64,000 nucleotides of DNA. It comes from Yuukianura sp. NJ FZ-2021. Lineage: Eukaryota. Location of the stretch: positions 9,982,001 through 10,046,000 of the forward strand of contig CM102287.1 of NCBI GenBank assembly GCA_046563655.1, written 5' to 3'. The number at the start of each line of letters is the position of its first letter. Positions within the stretch are counted from its first letter, which is position 1. The translations under genes and the position numbers were made by a program. The notes below the pieces were generated by a model, which had not been told where the DNA came from, ran no database searches, and saw only the letters and a program-made list of their open reading frames with translations. Shown here piece after piece: positions 49,315 through 63,923 of this stretch.

Positions 49315-52132
49315 ATGACATCGCAGTACAATTTCAAGAAGATTGCAGTCGTACCGACATTCAATGTAAGTTTGCTATGCATAAGCATATTGAAATGGAC
49401 GATTCAATTAATCATGCTTGCAGCAAGAACTAAACAATGCTTTGTATTTTAGGACTTTGTGGACATCATCCTCTCCAAGACACAAAGGAAGACTCCGACT
49501 ATCATTCACAGGCACTACAAAATCACTAGGATTCGGCAGTTTTACATGAGAAAAGTCCGTTTCACTCAATCCAACTTCCATGAGCGATTGTCCCAGATCA
49601 TTCAAGAGTTTCCCAAACTGGAGGTACTTTGAGCGAATATTGGAAGTATCGAATTCCTTTCTTGGAAGTTCTTGTTTTAAATTATCAATGTTTTAGGATG
49701 TACATCCCTTTTACGCCGATTTGATGAACGTTCTCTACGACAAAGATCATTACAAACTGGCTTTGGGTCAAATCAACACTGCACGTCACTTGATTGACAA
49801 GTAAGTTACACTACCAAGTGCCTAATTCATATTTCTATCTTCTTTACCTAAATGTTCTTTTTAGCATCTCCAAAGACTACAATCGTCTACTCAAGTTTGG
49901 CGACTCCTTATATCGATGCAAACAGTTGAAGAAAGCAGCGTTGGGCCGAATGGCCACCGTCATGAAGCGGCAAGCATCCAGTCTCAAGTATTTGGAACAA
50001 GTTCGGCAGCATCTTGGTCGTTTACCGTCAATCGATCCCAACACCAGAACTATCCTCGTCTGCGGATTTCCAAACGTCGGCAAATCGTCATTCGTCAATA
50101 AGGTAAAGTCACTAGATAAAAAAATTAAACAAAAACTCCAGAATTTCTGCTCAGTTTTTAATTTTTTTTTGTTAGATTACTCGAGCTGACGTTGAAGTTC
50201 AACCGTACGCTTTTACCACCAAGTCGCTTTATGTTGGTCACACGGATTATAATTATATGAGGTCAGTTTAGAATTCAACTTGGAGGGAAATACATCGCAG
50301 CAATAACTGCATGATAAATTAATTTCTGCGATCAAAAAAATTATGTTTTTTGCAGATGGCAAGTAGTCGACACGCCGGGAATCTTGGATCATCCTCTAGA
50401 ACAGCGTAATACAATTGAAATGCAGGCCATCACCGCTCTAGCACACCTTCGCGCTGCAATTCTGTTTGTGAGTGATCCATCTGAACAGTGTGGTCACTCC
50501 ATTGAGGAACAAATGCACCTCTTTGAAAATATTCGTCCGCTGTTTGCCAATAAGCCGCTGCTCTTCGTCTGTAACAAAACGGATATCATCCGAACAGAAG
50601 AACTGCCAGAAAACAAGAAAGCTCTGTTTGACCCTGTCATCAATGACCCCAACATCACTTTTCTTGAAATGAGCACCATGAGTGAAGAGGGCATCATGGC
50701 AGTGAAGCAACAGGTAAAAACCAAAATTCAAAAATTCTAAAAACTTATTTTTGAAATTTTTTTTTCAAATTTGAACAGGCATGTGAACAACTTCTGGTTC
50801 ACCGAATCGATAAGAAGATGCAATCGAAGAAGGTTGACGACATTCTGAGCCGTCTGCACGTCGCAGTTCCGGAACCCAGAGATGACAAGGAACGTCTACC
50901 GTTTATTCCAGGTTGGTTTTCAATTAAATGTCTAAGGGATTCTAGGATTTTCAAAATTCTTTAAAAATGTTAAAATTCTTTGACTATTTTTAGAAAAAGT
51001 GCTGGAGAGAAAGAGGGCAATGCAGATAGACGGAGAGAAGCGGAAGAAGAAACTGGAGCGTGACATTGAAGAGGAGATGGGAGATGACTACATTTTGGAT
51101 TTGAAGAAACACTATGACCTTCCAGAAGAGTATAAATATGATGTCATACCAGAGATCTGGGAAGGCAAGAACATCGCTGATTTCATTGACCCTGACATCT
51201 TGAAGGTCAGGCAAAAAATTTTAGTCTCATACGATGACGACTTTTATGAAAAATATTTTAGTTAGGAAGTGGTTTATTTCCACATTGATTTTAGTAAAAC
51301 TCAGCATTTTTTACAGAAACTGGAAGAATTGGAAAAGGAAGAAGAACTTCGAGAAAAAGCTGGCTTTTACGACGAGGAGTCTGAAGAGGAAGATGAGGAA
51401 ATGCAGCAAGTTCATGAACTGGCTGCAAAGATTCGAGAAAAGAAGACACTGATGAAGGTGAAACTAAAATTAGTTGAAATTTTTTAAGTGTTAGTTGCTT
51501 GATTACTAATTAGTTGATTACTTTTTAGATGGAGAGTCGTGTGAAGAAGAACAGCACGAAACCAACCCTGCCTAGAAACACCGCCGCAAGGAAACGAGAA
51601 CGCAGTGTGTCCACTCTTCGCAACAAGATGAGCGAGTTGGGCGTTGAAATTGACGTCAACGATCCAAACGTAAGAAAAACGTTTTTTTTAACATTTTCTA
51701 TAAGAATGACATTTTCAAATTCACATTTTCGCTTTTGTTTTTTTTAGACAAACTTCAACCGATCTGTGAGTCGTTCGCGTGTGGCTGCAAAGAAAGCCAG
51801 AATGGACTCTGCTGCTCGGCAACGTTCAGCATCCAGATCAATGTCTCGATCCAGACCACGAGACGAACAGGGCATCAAGGACGATCAGGTAAAAGTCAAA
51901 GTTCAACTAAAATTATTCAGTGCTTTTCGTGATATTTTGAAACTATTGAAAATTCAAATTCATTTTACAGATGAAATCGAAATTACGAAAAGTTGGAGCC
52001 AAGGCACAGCAGAAAGGGAACATCAATGCCAAATATTCGAGAAAGGGCGAAGGAGATCGTCACATTTCAGTCAAAAGACCAAAACATCTCTTCACTGGCA
52101 AGAGAGGAGTCGGAAAAACAGATCGACGTTAA
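49315..52132 (+). CDS. GTPBP4: Nucleolar GTP-binding protein 1 (NOG1/GTPBP4), 12 exons: 49315-49365, 49453-49623, 49697-49800, 49865-50102, 50176-50261, 50356-50713, 50779-50911, 50994-51205, 51317-51457, 51529-51669, 51748-51888, 51971-52132
   Basis: N-terminus [27 protein letters not shown]-loop [36 protein letters not shown]-terminal [17 protein letters not shown]. Confidence 0.97.
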
Positions 52133-52326
52133 TTTACGAAAGTTATATGGAATTGTTAAGAATTTTATTAAAATTATTTCAGAAAATCTTGAAAATCTTT
52201 CGTTTTGTGTGTCTTATACCCGCATGGCGGTCAGGGAGGTCAAAGGTGAGGGTTAGAAAGTTGAAAGCTTTGAGGAGATCATGGATAAAACGCTTACGGG
52301 GAAGATCGTTCATCGACAGCAGCGAT

Positions 52327-52932
52327 TTATGGCCAACGTTGAGACAACGATTGGGAGTTCGGACGACTTGGAGTGGCTGACCGGGTATACCAGCGCCTGA
52401 CCTCAGAGTATCTCGGAGTCCCTGGAAGGATACTTTCGCCAACTTGTGATGCTGCCGAGTATCTCGGAGTTCCTGGAAGAGTACTTTCGCCAACTTGTGA
52501 TGCTGCCAAGTATCTCGGAGTTCCTGGAAGAACAGTCTCGCCAACTTGAGATGACGAAGTTGAGGATGATCGATACTGACTTGGAGTTTCATCACTGAGG
52601 AGTGAGATTGACGATGCCGTTTCAACTTTGACATCCGGTGCTGCGTTATTTCCAATTTGTTGGTCAAAGTATCCATTCATCTTTCGTTTGACGAAGTCTT
52701 TAGCCTCTTGAGCATTGGTGACTGACATTGTGCGAAATGCCTTTTGACGAAAGTCTTCATTCGTTGAGATGAGCAGTGCTTGTTGAATGCAGGAGGAAAC
52801 TCTCTCGATACATTGCTCTCTGGATGGTCGATTGATTGGACGTTTCCGTTTCCTCCGATTATCGGATGTCTCTTGACCTCCTGCTACAGTTGGTCCAGCA
52901 AGCGGATCTTGCTGTGGCTCGTCGTCCGCCAT
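52327..52932 (-). CDS. Orphan ~201-aa putative nuclear protein with 3 x 17-aa repeats
   Basis: AAAATGGCG start, coding-like composition, likely 5'UTR intron at ~53030-52957, basic NLS-like RRKRKRP, 51-bp tandem repeat encoding SQVGExxLPGTPRY. The 3' end could be spliced differently. Confidence 0.6.
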   Translation of the reverse strand: MADDEPQQDPLAGPTVAGGQETSDNRRKRKRPINRPSREQCIERVSSCIQQALLISTNEDFRQKAFRTMSVTNAQEAKDFVKRKMNGYFDQQIGNNAAPDVKVETASSISLLSDETPSQYRSSSTSSSQVGETVLPGTPRYLAASQVGESTLPGTPRYSAASQVGESILPGTPRYSEVRRWYTRSATPSRPNSQSLSQRWP

Positions 52933-53600
52933 TTTACAATACAGTAACTCACGCACTACAATTGATGATTGATAGATTAATTGAATCGAATTAGGTAAAT
53001 CAATTAGTTTCTTGGCAATTGTTGACCTCACCTGACCTGATGTACGGCCGAATCCTGTATTGTCCTGGAAAAGGTCAGCTGAGCAAAAACTCTTTTTCTG
53101 TCGGAATCGAAACGTCGGATTTACGTTCCTCTCTGGAGTGCGACTAAACCTCGGAAAAAGCGGAAATTTCGAAATACCCAAAAGAAACACCAAAAATGGC
53201 AGAAATCTAGACGTAATAATAGTAAGCAATTACTTTATTAATTCGCACCTAATTTTTAATAATTTACACTTACTAATTTAATTGTAATTAGGTGAACATG
53301 ATTTCATGGCTATAAGTAACGTGCAATTCTAAGAACAAACTAAATCTAATGGATTTTTAGAAAAAATACTAATCCTTCTAAACTAATAATAATTTTATGT
53401 ACAATGAAGAAAAAAGTAGAAAAATAACACTTTTTAAACCGAAAGTGGATTTAAAACCACAAAGTAACAACAAAGGAACGAAAATCAATTGTTTCCTTTT
53501 TCTTTAGAATTTTTAAGGTTTCTCCAACACAAAAGGACTTACCGCCCTTAAGTACTAATGCTGCTCATTATTAACAAAAAGTCAAGTGGTTCGGCATGGT

Positions 53601-54983
53601 TCAAACATTTTTAGTTTCTTGGGCTGCCAATTCAATGGCTTTGGTCTGCTTAGCAAATTCCTCAGCCACTTGACTAAATCGACGTGGTTCTAGGTTTTGA
53701 CCCAACATGTAGAAAATCCACCAGTCAGACGCTGATTTCCTGGAGATGAAAGACGCTGCTTCAGAAGACACCATTCGATTTCGTGAATGGAGAAGCCAGC
53801 AACGGAAGGCTGGAAAAAGTATGATCAAACCTCGGTACAAAACTAGTGCACCGGTGAGTACCAGCAGTATGCAGAGCCAAAACCAAAGGAAGATGTAGAT
53901 TTTTTCATTCATTTGGTTCAGCACGAGGAGACAAATTGCATCGATCTTCTCAATGGTGTTAGTCTGTCCGAATCTGAAACAAAATCGAAAAATTGGTCAT
54001 GACAAAACGATTTCAATTTTTAGTAAACGTATATAAGTTTTTAGTACTTGTGAAAAACACATTTGGTGACACGCGGGAAAACGTAGATGAACGGATCGTA
54101 TCTTGAAATGGGTTCCCCATCCGTGAGTTCCAGCAGCCCCAAAACGTTGAATCCATACTTTTTAAATTCTCCATCAAAAAACCAGTCCAGAAGAATCATT
54201 TGGGCAACAATACCGAGAAAACAGAGCACTTCGCAAAACCAATATGACATCGCATATGACTTGTGGAGCTGGAAAAAGTAGTTAATCAATTATAAAAGCT
54301 TCGATTAATTAAGATTTCACAATAACTTACGTCTAGTGCTTACATTTAAGTGCCCGATGAGATAATTGATCAACTTCTGCTTGTTCTTCTCAGCTTCTTC
54401 TTCCTTCTCCAGTTTGCCACCAAGATGCAAACCACAAACGATGTTTTGTATCAATCCTTGCTCCAAATGTTCCCAAATGTACCATGGAAAGTAACATAAC
54501 CAGCCTTGGAAGAAAACGGCGAAAGACACCCACTGATAGTAAGCATACTGCTTGATGAACGTTTGGCCATTAATGCCTTGATGGTTCGTCAATCCTGGAT
54601 GAGCCGCTCTGGACGCTCTCATTGGATTCTCAAAGGCATCTAAAAAAAATGAAAGTACCTCAATTAATTACCACTCAAACGGTCCAGAAACGCTTTTTAA
54701 TCGCTTTACCCGGTACTAGAAATGTACTAGAAATCCAACAGTAAGTCTCCACTGCTTTTATCATATCCTTATCCTTATAGGTCTCGTCCAACTTGCACTT
54801 AATCGGTCTTCCCTTGGCGTCGGCCAGGAGCTCTTGACAGGTCAAGATTACAGACAAGCCTAGGAGTGCGAATGGCGTGAATCGAGTACAAATGTTGAAT
54901 ACTGGACCGGAAATGGTAAACGTTCTACGTTTGACGAACGCGATAACATGGCCGTAGTATACCTTGACTATGGTCAAGGGCAT
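53601..54983 (-). CDS. Innexin (gap junction protein), divergent; exons 54983-54710, 54639-54344, 54268-54048, 53973-53601
   Basis: PIKC...ETYCWISSTF, signature YYQWV, PWYIWEHLEQG, YWFCEVL, FPRVTKCVFHKFG, DAICLLVLNQMNEKIYIFLWFW; four TM segments. Confidence 0.95.
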
Positions 54984-57065
54984 GGCTGTAACACAAGCAG
55001 CAGATTCGGAATAATAACGATGATTCTGTTAGTATACAAAACGATTTGATTACTGAATTAGTGTAATTAATCACAAATTTAAAGAAATTAAGGACCAGTT
55101 TCATTGATTGATTGGTTTTAGAATTGGAGGGAGTTTTTCCATTGGTTTTATGAGAAAATGTGATGTAATCAAATGACGTCATGAATTTTTTTTTTATTTC
55201 GAAAATTTTCCGCGGCAATTCTTCATTGGTAAATTTTTTGAGGTCTGCGCCACCGCAACCATACTCTCCAGAAATCTCGTTATGTCTTTGTGGTTACGGA
55301 TACGGTAAGCGTTCGGCTTAATGATTTCACCATCTTTACTTTCTAAATCCGAAATTTTGAACTTTTTAAAAAACAGTTTCAAAAATAAAACGGGATTTTG
55401 AAACAGGAATTTTTCTGCTCTGTGTGTGTTCTGCGGTAAAAACAAAGTAAAACTTTTTTGAACTCTAACCACACCTGACCATTCTCAAAAATCCTTGATT
55501 GCTCATCGCTCATTTTCTTAAAATTGGTGTCACTTTTTCTGAAACTTTTTCTCAAAATTCTTTCGTTTTCCAAATTCATACTTTTATTCAAATCGGACAA
55601 AGTCAAAGACTTAAGAAAAAGAAAAGTTTACAAAAGTTATGAGTGTGTAATTCATCATAGTCAAGTTTTGACAGGTTAAAACCACCTTTACCACCACCAT
55701 ACACTGGGGACATGGAAATAGTTACTCCCTCTGCTCTTTTCGGGCTTTTTGACACACTCAAAACCTTTGAAATCCTATTAAGTCGAAACCGTCCTAAACC
55801 ATTTGTACATATTTTTACAATTAAATGGCTACACGGTTTCTGTTACAACAATGATGAAGGGTTCTCTATTGTTCCTGCACCAGTTGACCTTCCCTCTAAC
55901 TACTAATGGCCAAAATAACCAAACAGCATAGGCTTTTTCAAAAAAGGGGAAAAGTCGACAAAAGTCATAAACTTAACAAAAAATGTTCTTTTCAAAAAAA
56001 TTATCCAAAATTAGAATTTTTAGAATGAACAATCTGTGAAAATATCAGTAATATAAACAGTTGATTAGTTTCAATTATGATTTTAATTAAAATGTGTTTA
56101 GGTGTGATACTTGAAGAAAACTGAAATTGAGGCGCCTGCTGTGCCATGATTGCTCATTGGGTTCTTAAAGCTTTTAAGATTTGAGTTTAGATAAAGTTAG
56201 GTTTTGTGTTGTTTGTGCCTAAGTTAACAATAACCTAACCTTGTTATGCATGAAGAGGGTTTTAAAACAATAAAATCCATTTAGGACTGTCCAGAATATG
56301 GTTCGTTTCGTGAACTTTTGTTCTGTTCTAATGAGGAAAATAGGCTTAAGTTCAGTTGAGGGCTGTTGTAAAGTTATGATTGGAGGCATCGCTTCCCTCT
56401 TTTTTCTTATGACTATCACTTTCTAAAACGTCCGAAAATGTTGTAAAAGTTGCCCTTTCCAATTCATTTCCTAACGGTACAATTTTACAACAAAAATTCT
56501 CAATTTTCTAACAATTCTTCTTAAAACTTCGGGTTGTTGAAGTGTTGAACAAAGATGTTGAAACGAAAGAGAATGACTTACCAATGCTTACTTTGCAAGA
56601 ACACCTTTAATTAGTTAGCAATAGTAATAATAATCTTATGTAATTATTATAAAAATTAATTCAAAAGTTAATCTAAAAGTAATCCAAATCTTGATTTTCG
56701 TAAATTTAATGGCGGCAGATGTAGCTGGGGCGCATAACTCTAAAGCCGTCAGCGGGTCAACGACCTTTACTCTTTCATTTGCGTGCGAAAATCTTTTGTC
56801 TACTGCGAAAGGAAACGTTTGGCAATTTTCTGATCTGCTGACCTCGACTCGTTATCGTTTTTAGTTGTCATTTCGTCCAGATTCGTCGTTAATTGATTTC
56901 AACAATTACTTTACAGAGTTCATCACATGCTTTTCAACTCGCCCAGTTCCAGTACGTCTAAGAAATCAAGTTGGTTTCAGAGGGTAAACTAAACACTTAC
57001 TATACTGACAGACAAACGTTATTTCATGTCACTAAAATGTCACTTTTCCTTAGATTTTTATTGGA

Positions 57066-58340
57066 ATGAAGCGTCGAGTGGATATTAGTCTGCAGGAAAG
57101 CGATTCTCTGCCAGCATTGGCAGGTCATTCTGGCGACAGTGCAAACAAGAACAAGAAAAAGTGGGCTAAACTGCGCGAGAGGAAGAGGGCCCAGAAGAAA
57201 ATGGAGTTTCTCAGAAGAAGCCACGGTGCTGGAGATGCTGGTGACACAAACAGTAGTCGAAGCACTAGTCATGATCACGACGGAGAAGAACTGTCGTATA
57301 AGTATGTCAATGCTGAACAGTTTCCGGATTCTACGGTAGGAGCAGAACCTGAACCGCCTGAAGCTGACCGAGAAGTCTGCATCGTCGAGGCCGACGTTCA
57401 CCCGACTGATAACAACGTTGAAGAGCCAACTTTAGATGAGCCGAATGTAAGCGACAACATCGTGGGTCCAGAAGATGTCGGTATGTCAGGAACTCCGGAA
57501 GATTCGGAACATCAGCATGGGATTCCTACCGAACCAGGAACAGATGAACCTCTTCCAACTGAAAATGATGACGAAGCAAGTATGTTGTCGACGACGTTGG
57601 TTTTGTCTGAAGATGTCGTCGTGACCCATACGCATGCCAGTAAGCAAGATGACGAAGAGTCTCTGTTCATGCAATTGCAAATGCTTTCACCATCCGAGTT
57701 GGAGCATGAATTAAACTCATTGGGTTTGGGAAACATGCTGGCTGAACATGAGCGTGGTCAGGAGAAGTCAACTTCTCCCGCCACTGAGGCTGCTTCTCCC
57801 GCCACTGAGGCTGAACAAGAAACTCAAGCTGAGCCGAAAGAGTCATTTTTTGCTGACTTCATTTTGAACAGCATCATCTGTGCCGTGGCGACATTTTATG
57901 TTGTCGATGCAGACGAAGGACGCAAAGCTCAACATCTCTGCCCTCTCCGCAGCATCAAGCTTGGATCGCTCGATGCAGATCCATCTCGAGTCGCAATCGT
58001 TTGGATTATGGTCGTCCTTATGCTAACTCTGATTCGTAGAATGCTCGTATCTGCCGTAACCTACGTCCGCAACCTCATTCCATTTACTGTCTTCACGGAG
58101 CGCCGTTTTCGGCAGTTTTTGGATGCACTTTTGGTAAGACTTTAAAAAAGTTTTTCAAAAATATATTTGAAATTTTGATTCTAACGAAACTTATTCGACA
58201 TTGTCCTTTAGACGATCTACGTTTACGATACAATGAGCTACCTCTTGATTGACGAAGGATTTGTAGACTTTGAAGACTTCAAGGAACACGCCAAGCGGCT
58301 TTTCATATCTGCTGAGCATGCTCCCGATGGAACCAACTAA
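57066..58340 (+). CDS. Orphan ~398-aa protein: basic N-terminus, long acidic disordered middle, hydrophobic C-terminal segment; exons 57066-58133, 58212-58340
   Basis: 359-codon ORF with a phase-0 GT-AG intron to a 42-codon last exon; probable 5'UTR intron ~56984-57053; hydrophobic RVAIVWIMVVLMLTLI segment. No family recognised. Confidence 0.75.
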
Positions 58341-58856
58341 AAACGCCTAACAAAAACTTCAACATCAAAGAACTCAACATCCAACTGCTCTACATCCAAA
58401 TATTCAACATACCAAAGCATCCAAATACTTGTCACTTTCGCAGCTGGAAGTAACTTTAACTTCGTTTCTTGTCAAATTCATTCTGCATCTCAGCATCAGC
58501 AACTTGTAAGTTTAATTTTCTTTCTTTCATAAGTTTTCATACTAAAAGTTTAGTTAGTAAGGTCACTTCGGGTCAATTTATCGAAATTTTGTAAATGCGA
58601 AGTTAGAATTCTAATTTAGTTTCCATAGAAACAGTTTTGTCTTGGCTTAGCGGCCAGTAAATAAATTTGTAACAAATTTTGGAACTGTCAGTCCAAATTT
58701 TATGTAGGTGAAAGGTTTTCCTTTTCGCTGCGAAGCTTGCTAGTTCTCACCTCATCTCTGTTTTCTTGAGAATATTTTTTCATATAGTTTTTGCAAAACA
58801 GTTTTTCTGCTTTTCATTTTCAGTTTTCGTTTTTCAAAGTATTTCGTTTTTTGAAA

Positions 58857-59638
58857 ATGTTGAAACAAGTATTTGAAAACGTATGTGGGAACTTAGCTGG
58901 AGTTGGCATTGTGCTGGGTTTGATTTTCGGGCGACATCAAATCTACGCTACCTATTTTCATCCCAAGTTTTACGATTCAGTGAGACCCTGTGCAGGGATC
59001 CTCCTCTTTGCATTTGCTTTTAACTTTGTGGCCAAAATCGGTTGCAGCTTTTTCAAGGTCATTGACCTCCTCGTGAAGTCGAACAGCGTAACACGCGGGT
59101 TTTTGGTCTGTAAGGGACCACTGTGTCGTCGCATGTCCACGTTTCTAGGAAAAGTCATCGAGGTAAGTCAAAAAGTTGACATTTGACCTTTGACCTTGGT
59201 TTTACTTGACCTTTGACCTTTGTTTGCAGGTTTTGGTTGGAATTTGGCTTGCTGTTTGCATCATGGAGACTTGGAAACGACTAACTGTTGCCTCAGCTTG
59301 TTTGCCATCGCACTCCTGTGATTCTTTCCCCTTCAGTTGGATCCTGGAAGGAAAATTTATTGTAAGAAACTAAAGTTATTTTATATAAATAATTTATATA
59401 TATTGTATTAAAATGTATTATTTTATTCCAGATGTGTCCGATGTTGAGCCATCTTGGGAGTGTCTACTTTGAACTTGTCTGTGATGACGTGTTTGACATG
59501 TCGCCGTTCTTTTTCGTCTTGACTGTCACCACTGCCGTCACCGTCTTCATCTCCGTCCTTCAAAAACGCAGTGTCCAGCGATTTGCAGCTTGGAACAACG
59601 TCGGCAGCACCACAACTCAAACAGAAACGCAACAATAA
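58857..59638 (+). CDS. Unrecognised 214-aa four-TM protein (paralogue 1); exons 58857-59162, 59230-59361, 59432-59638
   Basis: Two phase-0 GT-AG introns give a continuous ORF with four hydrophobic segments and a 4-Cys loop between TM3 and TM4. Confidence 0.75.
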
Positions 59639-59883
59639 TCAGCTCAACAATATATTATAAATCATAATAAATATAATTTTCAAAATATTAAACAAAATTA
59701 GACTACAAATATTTAAAAATTCACAAAAAATTAGTTTTTGAAAATTATATTTTTATATAGATGAAACTTGAGTTTCCAGTGCAACTCCCAGAGCAGACTG
59801 TTTTACATTTTTATTGTTTTAATTTCCAGGTCAAAGGTCAAGGTCACGCTGGAAACAGGTCAAACGTAAACTTTAACGTAAAA

Positions 59884-60600
59884 ATGGACTTCGTCAGTCC
59901 ATTTACTAGAAGAAAACGAGTGTCAAAACGTTTACTTTTTCTCATTGGTTTGACCTTGGTGACCTTGACCATGTCACTCGAACTTCTTTTGTCCAGAACT
60001 GGACATGAGCATGACCATTGGCCTCTGGCCACTTGGATTATGAACGTATCGCTTGCAGTTTTTGTCGTATCGACTGGAATTGTTTTTGATGACCTCGTGA
60101 CCTTTGGACTGAAAAACTGGATTTCATACTTTGTCAAACGAAGGGGTCTCCCTTCCGTTCTCAAATATTCAACAGACGTAAGTTTTCTAAAAATTTTGAA
60201 TTTGATTTAATAAAATTGTGTCTTCCCCTGTGTATAATTTAACACTTTTGTTTCAGATCCTGACTGGGTTTTGTCTCCCGTGGATTGTGTTTCCGTTTTG
60301 GCTGGGCATTCGGGAGGGGACGATTGATTGTTTGGGGAATCGATCCTGCGTCAACACTTTCTCCACCAAGTTCATTCTCCCCTCCGCCGATCTGGTATTG
60401 TTCAAAACAGGATTTTCAAAATGACATTTTCAAAAAATTTCAAAATTGTTGTTGTTTTTCAGATTTGCTTGACTCCTCGGTTTGGCTACAAAGGTCATGA
60501 CCTCGGATTGTGCGAAACACTTTGCTATACGCTGCCGCTTGTGCTGTTCAGCTCCATTCCTGTTTTCATCGCCGTGAAATGTCAAGCGCTAAGAAAATGA
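59884..60600 (+). CDS. Unrecognised 189-aa four-TM protein (paralogue 2); exons 59884-60177, 60257-60394, 60463-60600
   Basis: Same three-exon, phase-0 layout and Cys spacing as the upstream gene. Confidence 0.75.
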
Positions 60601-60719
60601 AAATTATCAGACTCCTCAAACTTATGCAAAAAAAAGTCCACAAAAAAGTATTTTTTTTGTCGAAATTTGAAAATTTGGCACGCGAGGACACTTAATTTGC
60701 AAAACCGGAGGATTCCCGC

Positions 60720-61170
60720 TGTTTTCCTGTGGGTACTTGAAAAACCACATTCCGTAACTCTAAGGGCTCCCCTGGTCCTTAAGTCCGCTTGCTGTTTGTG
60801 GTCTTTGGAATTAACTCATTAAATCCTCCCTGCCTACCTGATTTCCAAAGAGGCCTTAAATTTTATTTTTATTTTTGTTTTGGCAACTGTTGGTCAGTTG
60901 GGGGAGACTTTATGGGGGATTCACAGTTCTCTTTTCCTTGGAATTTGACTTTATTGGCCACCTAATCCTCAAGCATCTGACCTCCGGATGAGCCCTTAAG
61001 GGCCCTCTGCCACAACATCCTCAAGAGAAGCAGGTACATGTTCCAGATTCCCTTAAATCATAATCGCCTCATCAAGTAATAAACAGAGGAGTGTAAAAGT
61101 CAACAAGGCCTTGGATTAAGGAGAGGGGGCCCTTAATTCACCCAAATTGGGGACACGAGCAGTCCCCCAA
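60720..61170. promoter_or_regulatory. Candidate eve upstream enhancer
   Basis: Motif matches: AACCACA 60743 and TGTGGT 60797 (Runx), CTACCTG 60834 (Zelda-type), TTTATGG 60909 and TTTATTGG 60950 (Caudal), TTGACTTT 60945 and AAAAGTCAA 61095 (Tailless), TAATCC 60963 and GGATTA 61113 (K50 homeodomain). Confidence 0.4.
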
Positions 61171-62014
61171 CTTCCAACAACAACAAACACAAACATAGCC
61201 TAACAAAATTCCGAAACCTAACGGAGTCATTTGAAACCTAACATCAAGTTCGAGTAAAAACTAAATTTAATTCTGATTATTTGAATTTAGGAAAATTTAG
61301 TTTAGGAAAACTGATTTTAGGAAAATTCTGAAGCTTTAAAATATTTCAATCCTGATTATTTGAATTTAGAAACATTGATTTTAGGAAAACTAGTTTTTAG
61401 GAAAATGGTGGAACTTGAAAGTATTTCAATTCTAATTTATTTGAATTTAGGAAAATTGATTTTAGGAAAATTGTGAAATGGGAAAATATTTTTGGCATCT
61501 CTGATTTCTGGTAAAGCAAAAGAAGGAAATCTTGATAGGCAAAATGATTTTCTTTTGGAAAGTAATGGAAATTGGATTTGGATTACTTTGGAAAGTAATC
61601 GAAATCCAATTTAGTTTTATGTTTTTGAGAAAAAGAGGAGACTTTGACATGATTTGGAGACTATCGTCGTCGTTTTTGTGTTCGGAGAGGATCCAAAAGT
61701 TGTTGGAAATGGAAGTACCGCTAGCGATTATTGGGCATGAGGAGCATTTGGGCTGTTACAGTCATCGCGGTTACTCCGGGAATCATTGGACGAGAATACG
61801 TCCTGATCGCTCACAAGACTCCGCCCCACGGCCCACCAAGCCCCGCCCAAATCCAACCACTCCGAAAAAATGTGATGGCAGACTACACTCATCGTCACTC
61901 CACTCAACACTCATTCTCAATTTGAGTCTTCACCACTCAACAAGTCTCTCCAAATCGTCAAAATCCGTCAAAAATCGTGAAAGTACGCGAGGACGTCAAA
62001 TTTCACGACGCCAA

Positions 62015-63923
<1,909 letters not shown>

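Noticed and set aside
52933..53229. N-terminal 99 aa of the 300-aa ORF
   Set aside because: Non-ATG start; contains a likely 5'UTR intron; a good ATG context occurs at 52932.
55060..55700. Possible non-autonomous DNA transposon upstream of the innexin
   Set aside because: The composition is suggestive, but I could not identify terminal inverted repeats or a TSD.
61532..62014. N-terminal 161 aa of the 359-aa ORF as part of Eve
   Set aside because: Begins at a non-ATG codon in AT-rich sequence and reads like promoter/5'UTR; the ATG at 62015 is the more plausible start.
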